From: a virus
Direction: 5' to 3' (one strand)
IMG/VR virus record: IMGVR_UViG_3300045988_029408
Coordinates: 1-64,000 of that record
DNA: 64,000 nucleotides
Position numbers and translations under genes: made by a program. Under the pieces are notes generated by a model. That model was not told the origin of the DNA. It searched no databases and was given only the letters and a program-made list of their open reading frames with translations. Every line of letters begins with the position of its first letter. Within the stretch, counting starts at the first letter, position 1. Positions 56,961 to 64,000 of the stretch are shown piece after piece.

Positions 56961-57581
56961 TTAAAATGGCAGATCATCTGTTTTATCTGTAAAAGCTTGT
57001 GTATTAGTAGTAGATGAAGTTGCACTAAACGGGTTATCGTTTTTTACTTCTTTATCTGCTACAACAGGCTTTGTAAATTGGTCAATATTTAGCATAGCAA
57101 TAGAAGATGATTTACCTTCTGGCAATTCCATAGGTTCAATAAAAGTATACTTAGCATAATTAGGTAAAGTAGTATATCCTTTATCATTATATACTATTTT
57201 AGCTCTAAGTTTTTTACTCTTATCTACTTTGTTCAGCATATCAGTAATCCACTGAGCAAACTGTTCAAAGCTTTCTCCATTAAAGTCAAGCTCTTCATCT
57301 TTATAGTAACAGTTAAGTATCTGCAACATACGAGAATACTGCTTATCCATTTTTGTCTGGAGTTGTTCTTCTGTAGTTACAAACCCACCAAGTGTAGGTT
57401 TCCACTCTGTATGGGTTAATGTTGCTCCATCTTTCTCAAAAACAATTTCTAAGAATTGATTACCATTCGGAGAAACTTCTGTTTTTACACTTTTCAATAC
57501 TACATTTTCAATAATACCAGCGGGAATATACTTAATATCACTTTTGCTAATACTTGCTGCACGTTCTTTACTATATGTCAT
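56961..57581 (-). CDS. Single-stranded DNA-binding protein-like
   Basis: C-terminal ...TDKTDDLPF matches the acidic DDD(I/L)PF tail of bacterial and phage SSBs. Lies in a replication-module context. The N-terminal fold was not verified. Confidence 0.5.
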   Translation of the reverse strand: MTYSKERAASISKSDIKYIPAGIIENVVLKSVKTEVSPNGNQFLEIVFEKDGATLTHTEWKPTLGGFVTTEEQLQTKMDKQYSRMLQILNCYYKDEELDFNGESFEQFAQWITDMLNKVDKSKKLRAKIVYNDKGYTTLPNYAKYTFIEPMELPEGKSSSIAMLNIDQFTKPVVADKEVKNDNPFSATSSTTNTQAFTDKTDDLPF

Positions 57582-57607
57582 AATTTCAATATTTTTAAGT
57601 TTTTAAA

Positions 57608-58357
57608 TCAGGCTGCACACTCGTCTAAATAAATTTTATCCCAGTGAACTTTAATATCATTATTTTCATCGCTTTCTGCGATAACTATCTTCTTACCTCG
57701 TAAGTGAGGAGCTCTAGCTTCTCTTACTGAATTATCTCCACCTTCAAAAGATATAATAGTTTCGTTCTTTTTACGATAGACATAACCAACAGCATCTGCT
57801 TCGCCACATACTATATCACCTAGTCTTCCAACTAAATCTATAGCCATTTCTATAAGCTCTTCACCATCTTTATTAATCATCTTATCTTTAGTATGACCTA
57901 TAAGAATAAAATTATCACAAAGATTTTTAAACATGTTTATTACTTTTTTAACTGCTTCTCTTAAGTAGAGATATCCGCTACCATTTGGTAATGTACGAAC
58001 ATCATCTCCCTTATAAGATTTGCCCATTGGTGTCTGACAATACAGAACTTTAGCATATCCTAAACATATTTCTTCGAGTCTAGTAGCATTATCTATAGCA
58101 ATATATTTATAAGGTTTCTTTCCTGTTGTAGCGATTTCTTCACTGATTGCTCTAGATATATTACCTAAATCTTCAATAGTACGAGCTTGAATAGAGAGAG
58201 CTTCTAGAAATTCTGAACCTCCCTCTAAGTCAATTATAAGACAATTATCAAGCTTAGATAATAATGTAGTTTTACCTGATTTTGGTTTACCAAATAGGAT
58301 TAAAAATCTTGGATTATTAACCTTTGGTTTGTTTTTCTCTTTTGGTAGTATTAACAT
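57608..58357 (-). CDS. RecA-fold ATPase (Sak4 / AAA_24-like)
   Basis: Walker A FGKPKSGKTT, then IAIDNATRLEE and LIGHTKD. Confidence 0.6.
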   Translation of the reverse strand: MLILPKEKNKPKVNNPRFLILFGKPKSGKTTLLSKLDNCLIIDLEGGSEFLEALSIQARTIEDLGNISRAISEEIATTGKKPYKYIAIDNATRLEEICLGYAKVLYCQTPMGKSYKGDDVRTLPNGSGYLYLREAVKKVINMFKNLCDNFILIGHTKDKMINKDGEELIEMAIDLVGRLGDIVCGEADAVGYVYRKKNETIISFEGGDNSVREARAPHLRGKKIVIAESDENNDIKVHWDKIYLDECAA

Positions 58358-58440
58358 ATTAAAATAGGTTAATGCTTTACCTGTGAGATTCTGAAATTAT
58401 CTGACAAAAACTGAAATTTTACACAATGTAAAGTTATTCG

Positions 58441-59019
58441 TTATTCATTGTTGAGAATATTGTTAACAGTAGTACTGTTACTAATATTAATAATAACATT
58501 TACTATATTATTTTTATCTGCTTTACGATAGTTATTCAAAAACAGACTAGGATTATCAATAGGAATGATTGTATAACCAATTTGAATAAACTTCTGGTAA
58601 ATACGTACAGGTTGACCCATGTAAGTAAAATCGTAACCATGATCTTCTTCATAGTCTTCCATGATCTTAGCATATTCTGCTAATCGTTTTAATGCTAAAT
58701 CAAATTCTGAAATAGCATCATATTGACGCAACTTAAATGCTCGATTTGCGAACGGACATGTAAGTGAATTATCATATGAACATGTCGGTCGATAATATTT
58801 TTTATTGAATGCAGAGAAATGTGCATTTCGGTTGCATCCAAAACATAGCAAGTCTTCAGGACCTGCATATGATATACTGTATTCCGGATCTTCCGGAGTG
58901 TGAATTCCATACCATTTAGCAAACGGTAAGCGGTTTTTAACTTCGTTTAATATACGATTTTTCAAAGAACCCTGAGGGTCAATATTTTGTTTCGGAAGTT
59001 TAATTGTAAAACCTTTCAT
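58441..59019 (-). CDS. Hypothetical Cys-containing protein
   Basis: Intact 192-aa ORF. Confidence 0.65.
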   Translation of the reverse strand: MKGFTIKLPKQNIDPQGSLKNRILNEVKNRLPFAKWYGIHTPEDPEYSISYAGPEDLLCFGCNRNAHFSAFNKKYYRPTCSYDNSLTCPFANRAFKLRQYDAISEFDLALKRLAEYAKIMEDYEEDHGYDFTYMGQPVRIYQKFIQIGYTIIPIDNPSLFLNNYRKADKNNIVNVIINISNSTTVNNILNNE

Positions 59020-59021
59020 AA

Positions 59022-60005
59022 TCAGCCTTTTTTAATTTGTTTAAATACTACTTTTTGTTCTTCAGCACTTGCAGTATTTGTTTCAATTAGATTGCCATAT
59101 TGAAGTTCGTTTTCAAATTCTAATATACATGGTTCACCATCTCTTACTTTTAAGAAATGCATATAAACCTTATTTTTTACAGGTAGACGACGTACTCCAT
59201 ATATAGCTAGATTAAGTATCTCTGGTCTATGAACAGCAATAACAAAATCACTAGCTTGAAATATTGCATCAGATGCTGATAAATCACTTCTCATTGGGAA
59301 GTGAGTACTTGGATTATTAATTCTATCAGGACTTTCAATATTACGATTCATCTGTGAAAGCTGTATTATACTAGTATTAGAAAGTTTCTTCTTCTGTATA
59401 AACATTTTCTGTAAATCGACTATTGTACTTCTTTCTCCACCTTCTCCATTTACTAGAAGAACGTGGTCTAATACTACTATTAGCCAACGACCGTTAGCTA
59501 CAGTATTATGAAAGTAATCTATAGTATTACCTATTTCTTCTACATTACATACTTTATCAACAAAGTATATATTGTATTTCTTAATGGTTTCAGCTGCCGA
59601 TTCAGCTCTTAATAAGTCTTCATCACTAAGTGTTTCTACTGAACTATACAATTCAGATACAGTTTTCTTAGTTTTATTACTTATTACACGACCAACATTT
59701 CTGTAGTCTACCATTTCTAAACTAAAGTATAATACTACGATATCCTGATTAGGATTAAGATCAATTAAATCCATTACTAACATATTTGCAACTGAGCTCT
59801 TACCACTACCTGATATACCAGCTATAGTAAATATCATATTTGGTTCAATTCCGCCAGTAGCTTTATTGAATTTATCCCATCTAGTTTTTAATGATACTAT
59901 ACTATGATTTTTTCTAGCTTTAATGTAGTTTATAGATTTATTTGCTACCTGAGATATTGACTCAAAAGGTAGTATTTTAACGGCATTCTGTTCCGTATTC
60001 TCCAT
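59022..60005 (-). CDS. DnaB-like replicative helicase (RecA-type C-terminal domain)
   Basis: Walker A GISGSGKSS, then YFSLEM, VVLDHVLL and IIQLSQMNR motifs. Confidence 0.75.
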   Translation of the reverse strand: MENTEQNAVKILPFESISQVANKSINYIKARKNHSIVSLKTRWDKFNKATGGIEPNMIFTIAGISGSGKSSVANMLVMDLIDLNPNQDIVVLYFSLEMVDYRNVGRVISNKTKKTVSELYSSVETLSDEDLLRAESAAETIKKYNIYFVDKVCNVEEIGNTIDYFHNTVANGRWLIVVLDHVLLVNGEGGERSTIVDLQKMFIQKKKLSNTSIIQLSQMNRNIESPDRINNPSTHFPMRSDLSASDAIFQASDFVIAVHRPEILNLAIYGVRRLPVKNKVYMHFLKVRDGEPCILEFENELQYGNLIETNTASAEEQKVVFKQIKKG

Positions 60006-60549
60006 AATTTACAGGTGTTTCAGATTCATAACTCATTTGCTCTTCAATAACCTCCCACTCATGTTGAGTGAGCCATTTCCACATCGTCTTCATATAACCT
60101 ATTTTACCAGTTATCATTTTGTTTTCAATTTCATATTGAAGACATTGAAGAAGGTGTTCGTGCATTGCTCTAGATTTACCTACGATACGATTATATTCTT
60201 TACGACACTTATTTATATTAGATCGTAAAAAACCTTTAGTACCATCTGGTCTTAAAACATACACTGGAAATACTTCATAGAACTCATCAAACCATGTTTT
60301 ATCTTGTTTTACACTTGATAATAGTTTTTCTGTAGGACTATAAATTTTATTATCTCCTGAAGTAGTAAAGGAGATAAGGTTATTGTTGATTAACTCTTGT
60401 ATGTCGTTTTCACTTATTCGGCTGAGAAACTTGTGAACGTCTTGATTATTACTTTGATTATCATTCAACACAAGAGTTAAAAATACTAACTGATTAATTG
60501 ATATTTCTCCAAAAATATCTAATAATGTTGTATCTAATTCTAGTATCAT
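59977..60549 (-). CDS. Hypothetical replication-module protein
   Basis: Intact 190-aa ORF that overlaps the helicase start. Confidence 0.6.
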   Translation of the reverse strand: MILELDTTLLDIFGEISINQLVFLTLVLNDNQSNNQDVHKFLSRISENDIQELINNNLISFTTSGDNKIYSPTEKLLSSVKQDKTWFDEFYEVFPVYVLRPDGTKGFLRSNINKCRKEYNRIVGKSRAMHEHLLQCLQYEIENKMITGKIGYMKTMWKWLTQHEWEVIEEQMSYESETPVNYGEYGTECR

Positions 60550-60597
60550 AATATAGTACTTTATGAACTAACTTTTGATACAATCTGGAAATATTTG

Positions 60598-62619
60598 TTA
60601 AAACAACGTTAGTTGTCTTGGTTTTAATTCTTCAATGATCTTTAACGCTTCCTTTAAATAGTAGCGATAATTGATCTTTCTTTCTTCTATAGGTTTATTA
60701 TCAAATTTATTTAGTATAGTAACACCAGATGCAGTAAGTAGATTAGTATAATTACTTCTTCTACCTTCTTCATCTTTAGTACACTTATACAAATAAGGAC
60801 CATTAGTAGATGCATAGAATCTATTGATTCTTTGTATCAGTTCTCCATTATATTCTACAGAGAATTTCTTATCTACTTTCTGGTAAGTAAGGAACTTCTT
60901 AATATCTTTACAATTGTAGATAGTATCTTTTACAGGAATACCATCAACAAAATAATCTCTAATAGCTTCAGGGATAATCTTTGCAGACATTCCCTTACCA
61001 AGTAAAACTTTAGTAATAAACATACCTTTTTCTTTGATATAATCATCTTTAATCATATCTAAAGAAGTATAAGGTTTCTTCTTTTTATTTAGAGCTTTTT
61101 CTGGTTTAGTTTCAAACAACTTTTTCATTGCTTGATAACCTTCTTTTACAGCTATATAATCATTAATAGCATATTGATACATAGCTTCAAAACGATCTTC
61201 CTCTAGAGTTAGTTTCGTTTGTTGTTCCCATTCCTTACATATACTTTGTAATTTTTCATACAGATTCTTCTTAAGAAGAACAAATAAACCATCTGTATTT
61301 GCCTGTACTATTCTACAGCCAATATCAGATAATCTTTCTGCTAACATAAGTAATAGTAATTGTCCATTTATTCTAATCTGCATTACTGCGAAAGGACTAT
61401 AACAGAAATTATGTTCATTCTGTAGATTACCACTAAGACCGTTTAATGCTAATTTAAGCGTTTTATCTTTAGTCTTAATACCATTATGTTTTGCTTCTAT
61501 TCGTTCATCTTTAACTTGATTATAAACTTCTAGAAATTCAGGACCCAAATGCTTTGGGTAGAATTTATACTCTATTATCATACTAGGATACAGAGATGCA
61601 ACATCAATATCTATTAACATTTCATCTTCCTTAGGAATAATTATCTCAGGTTTGTTTTCAGAGTGAATACCACCAACTCCTACAGAATATTTTAATCCTC
61701 TAAATACAAATTTGTTTTCGTATCCTTTTCTACCTGGTGATACTATCTGCTTTTTCATATCAGATAGTACATTACGAAGTATAGGATCTTTATATTCTAT
61801 ATAAGGCAATATTACTTTGTTTAGGTCTATAACATCTGCTGGGCTTCTTAAATCTTTAATATCCCACCATGATAGACCAGTCTTTTCAAGATATTTCTGC
61901 GTTAGAATTTTCATTCCAATGTTTACTCCATCTTTACTTAGTACTCTTACTTTATATTCATCTTCGATAGCTATTCGTAATTCTATATCTTCAGAACACA
62001 GATTTAATAATTTTTCAGTAGAATTAACATCATTCACATTATACTCAATCATCTCTTCTATTCTATCTTCTTCTAGAAATTTATTAAAATCTCCATTGAA
62101 TTCTAGAACATTAGGATATTGCATAGTTACTTGCATTTCCTTCAATCCAACACGTAGTTTTTGTGAATATAACATAGTAAGTATATCAAATGAATCATAC
62201 CATACTTGATATTTCCATTTTTTCCATGCTTCTATGTTGTCATCTGCTTGAGATGTAGTTATAGTTCTACTTAAGTTAAAAATACTATCACATATCCTTA
62301 GATATGGTTTATTTTTAAGTATATTATAATAATCTATTATATAATTAATAATAGGATTATCATAATGTAAATTATTATATCCTGCAAAGATTTTATTTGA
62401 ATCAATTTGAGTTTCAGTAGTATAGAGATCTCCAAATTTTAATGGTATATTAACATTTGGTACACGAAAAAAATCAACTAATTCTGATAATTGATTTTTT
62501 CTGCTTGATATCTCAAACTTATGAAACTTTCCTGATTCAGTATTCTTTGCTGTGCAATGAAATACATTAGGGAAAACTTCAATATCATAGACATATACTG
62601 TTTTTCCTCTTATCTTCAT
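60598..62619 (-). CDS. Family B DNA polymerase
   Basis: Exo I YDIEVFPN, Exo II NNLHYDNPII, Exo III YNVNDV. Pol motif A DVASLYPS, motif B KLALNGLSGNL, motif C NTDG. Confidence 0.85.
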   Translation of the reverse strand: MKIRGKTVYVYDIEVFPNVFHCTAKNTESGKFHKFEISSRKNQLSELVDFFRVPNVNIPLKFGDLYTTETQIDSNKIFAGYNNLHYDNPIINYIIDYYNILKNKPYLRICDSIFNLSRTITTSQADDNIEAWKKWKYQVWYDSFDILTMLYSQKLRVGLKEMQVTMQYPNVLEFNGDFNKFLEEDRIEEMIEYNVNDVNSTEKLLNLCSEDIELRIAIEDEYKVRVLSKDGVNIGMKILTQKYLEKTGLSWWDIKDLRSPADVIDLNKVILPYIEYKDPILRNVLSDMKKQIVSPGRKGYENKFVFRGLKYSVGVGGIHSENKPEIIIPKEDEMLIDIDVASLYPSMIIEYKFYPKHLGPEFLEVYNQVKDERIEAKHNGIKTKDKTLKLALNGLSGNLQNEHNFCYSPFAVMQIRINGQLLLLMLAERLSDIGCRIVQANTDGLFVLLKKNLYEKLQSICKEWEQQTKLTLEEDRFEAMYQYAINDYIAVKEGYQAMKKLFETKPEKALNKKKKPYTSLDMIKDDYIKEKGMFITKVLLGKGMSAKIIPEAIRDYFVDGIPVKDTIYNCKDIKKFLTYQKVDKKFSVEYNGELIQRINRFYASTNGPYLYKCTKDEEGRRSNYTNLLTASGVTILNKFDNKPIEERKINYRYYLKEALKIIEELKPRQLTLF

Positions 62620-62634
62620 AGCGTATAAATTTAG

Positions 62635-62752
62635 TGGAGTATATGGGAATCGAACCCATGATGCCGATTGGTTGCAGCACTATAAATAGTGTATTAGAGT
62701 CTCTCTAATATTCCTCCCTGTACCCTGCGCTTGCCTACTAGCTGAATACCCC
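62635..62752 (-). tRNA. Oversized tRNA-like element 2 (118 nt) containing a CUCUAAU heptamer
   Basis: 7-bp acceptor GGGGTAT/ATACTCC with G3:U70 and discriminator A. U8. D-arm (A)GCT-AGTAGGCA-AGC(G) with GG in the loop. T-arm ATGGG-TTCGATT-CCCAT (62643-62659). About 45 extra nt include the 8-bp hairpin TATTAGAG/CTCTAATA (62692-62710). Confidence 0.55.
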
Positions 62753-62798
62753 ATGAGGCAGGATTCTTTATAGACTATCCTGCTAAAAGTCTGTCGCT

Positions 62799-63518
62799 CT
62801 ACGCTGCTTGCTTTATCTCTGGCAAATGTTTAGCAAAGCATTTCTTTTCTAAAGTTGCTCTATCTACTATTGTAATAGATTCATAATTACTATACTTATC
62901 AGATAACTTTGTATTTAGTTTAGTAACTACTTCGGTAAGTTGTTCAATGGGTAGATTAGAGTAGCTTGTTTTAAACTCTTTATCGTTTGTAGTAGCTACA
63001 ACTACTTTATACGGTCTTTGTTCTAAATATCGTAGCTTCTTAGACATCTTGAACTCTGCAAGTTGTTTAGCTACTTTCTTAATTTTCTCTTCGTGAGCTG
63101 CTTTATAAGCTTGTTGTTTAGCAATACGTTCTGCTTTATTGCTACCATATAGATTCTGTACCAATTCTTTATGGTAACCAGAATAAGGACGTTCTTCTAA
63201 TAACTGTTTTTTATCCTTTTTATCAGATACCTGTGTAGGTTTCTTAGGAATACTAGCTATTCCTTTTTTGGTTTCATGATACTCTTTTCGTGCATTAGTA
63301 GCTTCAGGAGTCCACTTATAAGTATATACTTCTCTACTTACTATTTTATCATGACGACGAGTAGTTACAAATTCCTTTGTCATAGGTTTAATATTTTCTG
63401 ACAAAGATATTCCTTTACTACACATAGATTTATAATCTGAGGATTTAGTTAATTCGTAACGTTTCTGTAAGTTTTGCTGGTATTTAGCATTTTTCTTATT
63501 TCTAGTATCTTGATTCAT
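62799..63518 (-). CDS. Hypothetical Lys-rich protein; stops on TAG
   Basis: Intact 239-aa ORF. The stop codon is TAG (complement of 62799-62801). Confidence 0.7.
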   Translation of the reverse strand: MNQDTRNKKNAKYQQNLQKRYELTKSSDYKSMCSKGISLSENIKPMTKEFVTTRRHDKIVSREVYTYKWTPEATNARKEYHETKKGIASIPKKPTQVSDKKDKKQLLEERPYSGYHKELVQNLYGSNKAERIAKQQAYKAAHEEKIKKVAKQLAEFKMSKKLRYLEQRPYKVVVATTNDKEFKTSYSNLPIEQLTEVVTKLNTKLSDKYSNYESITIVDRATLEKKCFAKHLPEIKQAA

Positions 63519-63546
63519 AACAATTGATTTTAATAGTTAAAAACTA

Positions 63547-63608
63547 AAGGAAGCTGAATAGGTTAATGTTTTAAGATTTCCCGTACGTACTCTCCCTATC
63601 GCTTCCTT
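63547..63608 (-). terminator. Long imperfect hairpin plus T-run between early genes
   Basis: AAGGAAGC/GCTTCCTT and ATAGG/CCTAT stems enclose a GTACGTAC palindrome. Followed on the minus strand by TTTAGTTTTT. Confidence 0.4.
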
Positions 63609-63616
63609 ATTATATT

Positions 63617-64000
63617 TTAAGCTGCTAAGCACATTGGAGCAGCAGAATCATCAAATTCTGTTTCTTCATTGAACTTAGTAAGTTTCTCTTTTAATTTCAG
63701 AATCTCTAAATCGAGTTCTTTTATTCGTGCTTTAACCCAGTTTGAAGTTAAAACTTCAGTCTTATTCAGAGCTTTTTTACCTTTCTTAGACTTAAGAACA
63801 GGATTCAAAGTTCGTATACGACTTAGATGTACTTTCATTTCTTGCAATTCACATAATTTAAATACATCTAATTGATTACAATCAGCTGGTAAATCACTAA
63901 ATTTCTTTATACCCATATTGATACATAGTATCTTTAATTTAACAATTACTCGATCATCTGTAAGACCTTTGATTGTATTATAAAGTTCTTTCAAATCGTA
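63617..64000 (-). CDS. Hypothetical protein (frame open to the window edge; possibly 5'-partial)
   Basis: The track starts it at a TTG (63994), but the frame stays open to base 64000. TAA stop. C-terminus is ...PMCLAA. Confidence 0.6.
   Translation of the reverse strand, partial: YDLKELYNTIKGLTDDRVIVKLKILCINMGIKKFSDLPADCNQLDVFKLCELQEMKVHLSRIRTLNPVLKSKKGKKALNKTEVLTSNWVKARIKELDLEILKLKEKLTKFNEETEFDDSAAPMCLAA

Noticed and set aside
53407-63875. Plus-strand track ORFs inside the early module (53407, 53654, 54519, 54792, 56381, 60037, 61817, 63669)
   Set aside because: They are shadow ORFs antisense to motif-supported replication genes, or overlapping tRNA-like element 1 in the case of 54519-54701. 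Their composition is hydrophobic and low-complexity.

Overview
AT-rich 64-kb segment that reads as a crAss-like (Crassvirales-type) phage genome. All product names come from motifs I recognised by eye; no homology search was possible. Two convergent modules meet at a bidirectional terminator near 49.64 kb. The plus strand (1-49574) carries the late, virion and lysis genes. It only makes sense if TAG is read as a sense codon, most likely Gln. Joining the fragmented ORF-track pieces across in-frame TAGs gives 25 tightly packed genes that all end in TAA or TGA. These include a 5,110-codon ORF with an RNA-polymerase DFDID motif, 1,670- and 1,321-codon fiber genes, a 1,396-codon tail-type protein and a lysis cluster. 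The minus strand (49618-64000) is a standard-code replication module: family B DNA polymerase, DnaB-like helicase, TOPRIM primase, SSB-like protein, several ATPases, a nuclease and a phosphoesterase. It has no in-frame TAG in any intact gene, and one gene stops on TAG. Three further points stand out. (1) A complete diversity-generating retroelement (VR 13213-13313, TR 13427-13527, RT 13667-14695) targets the C-terminus of the long fiber gene, and its RT is itself written with 12 TAG codons. (2) Two oversized tRNA-like elements sit inside the early operon, each 14-15 nt upstream of a replication gene; they are the only candidates in this window for the suppressor function. (3) A DUF1064-like early-strand gene carries both an in-frame TAG and a 1-nt frame disruption. 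All counts are manual.
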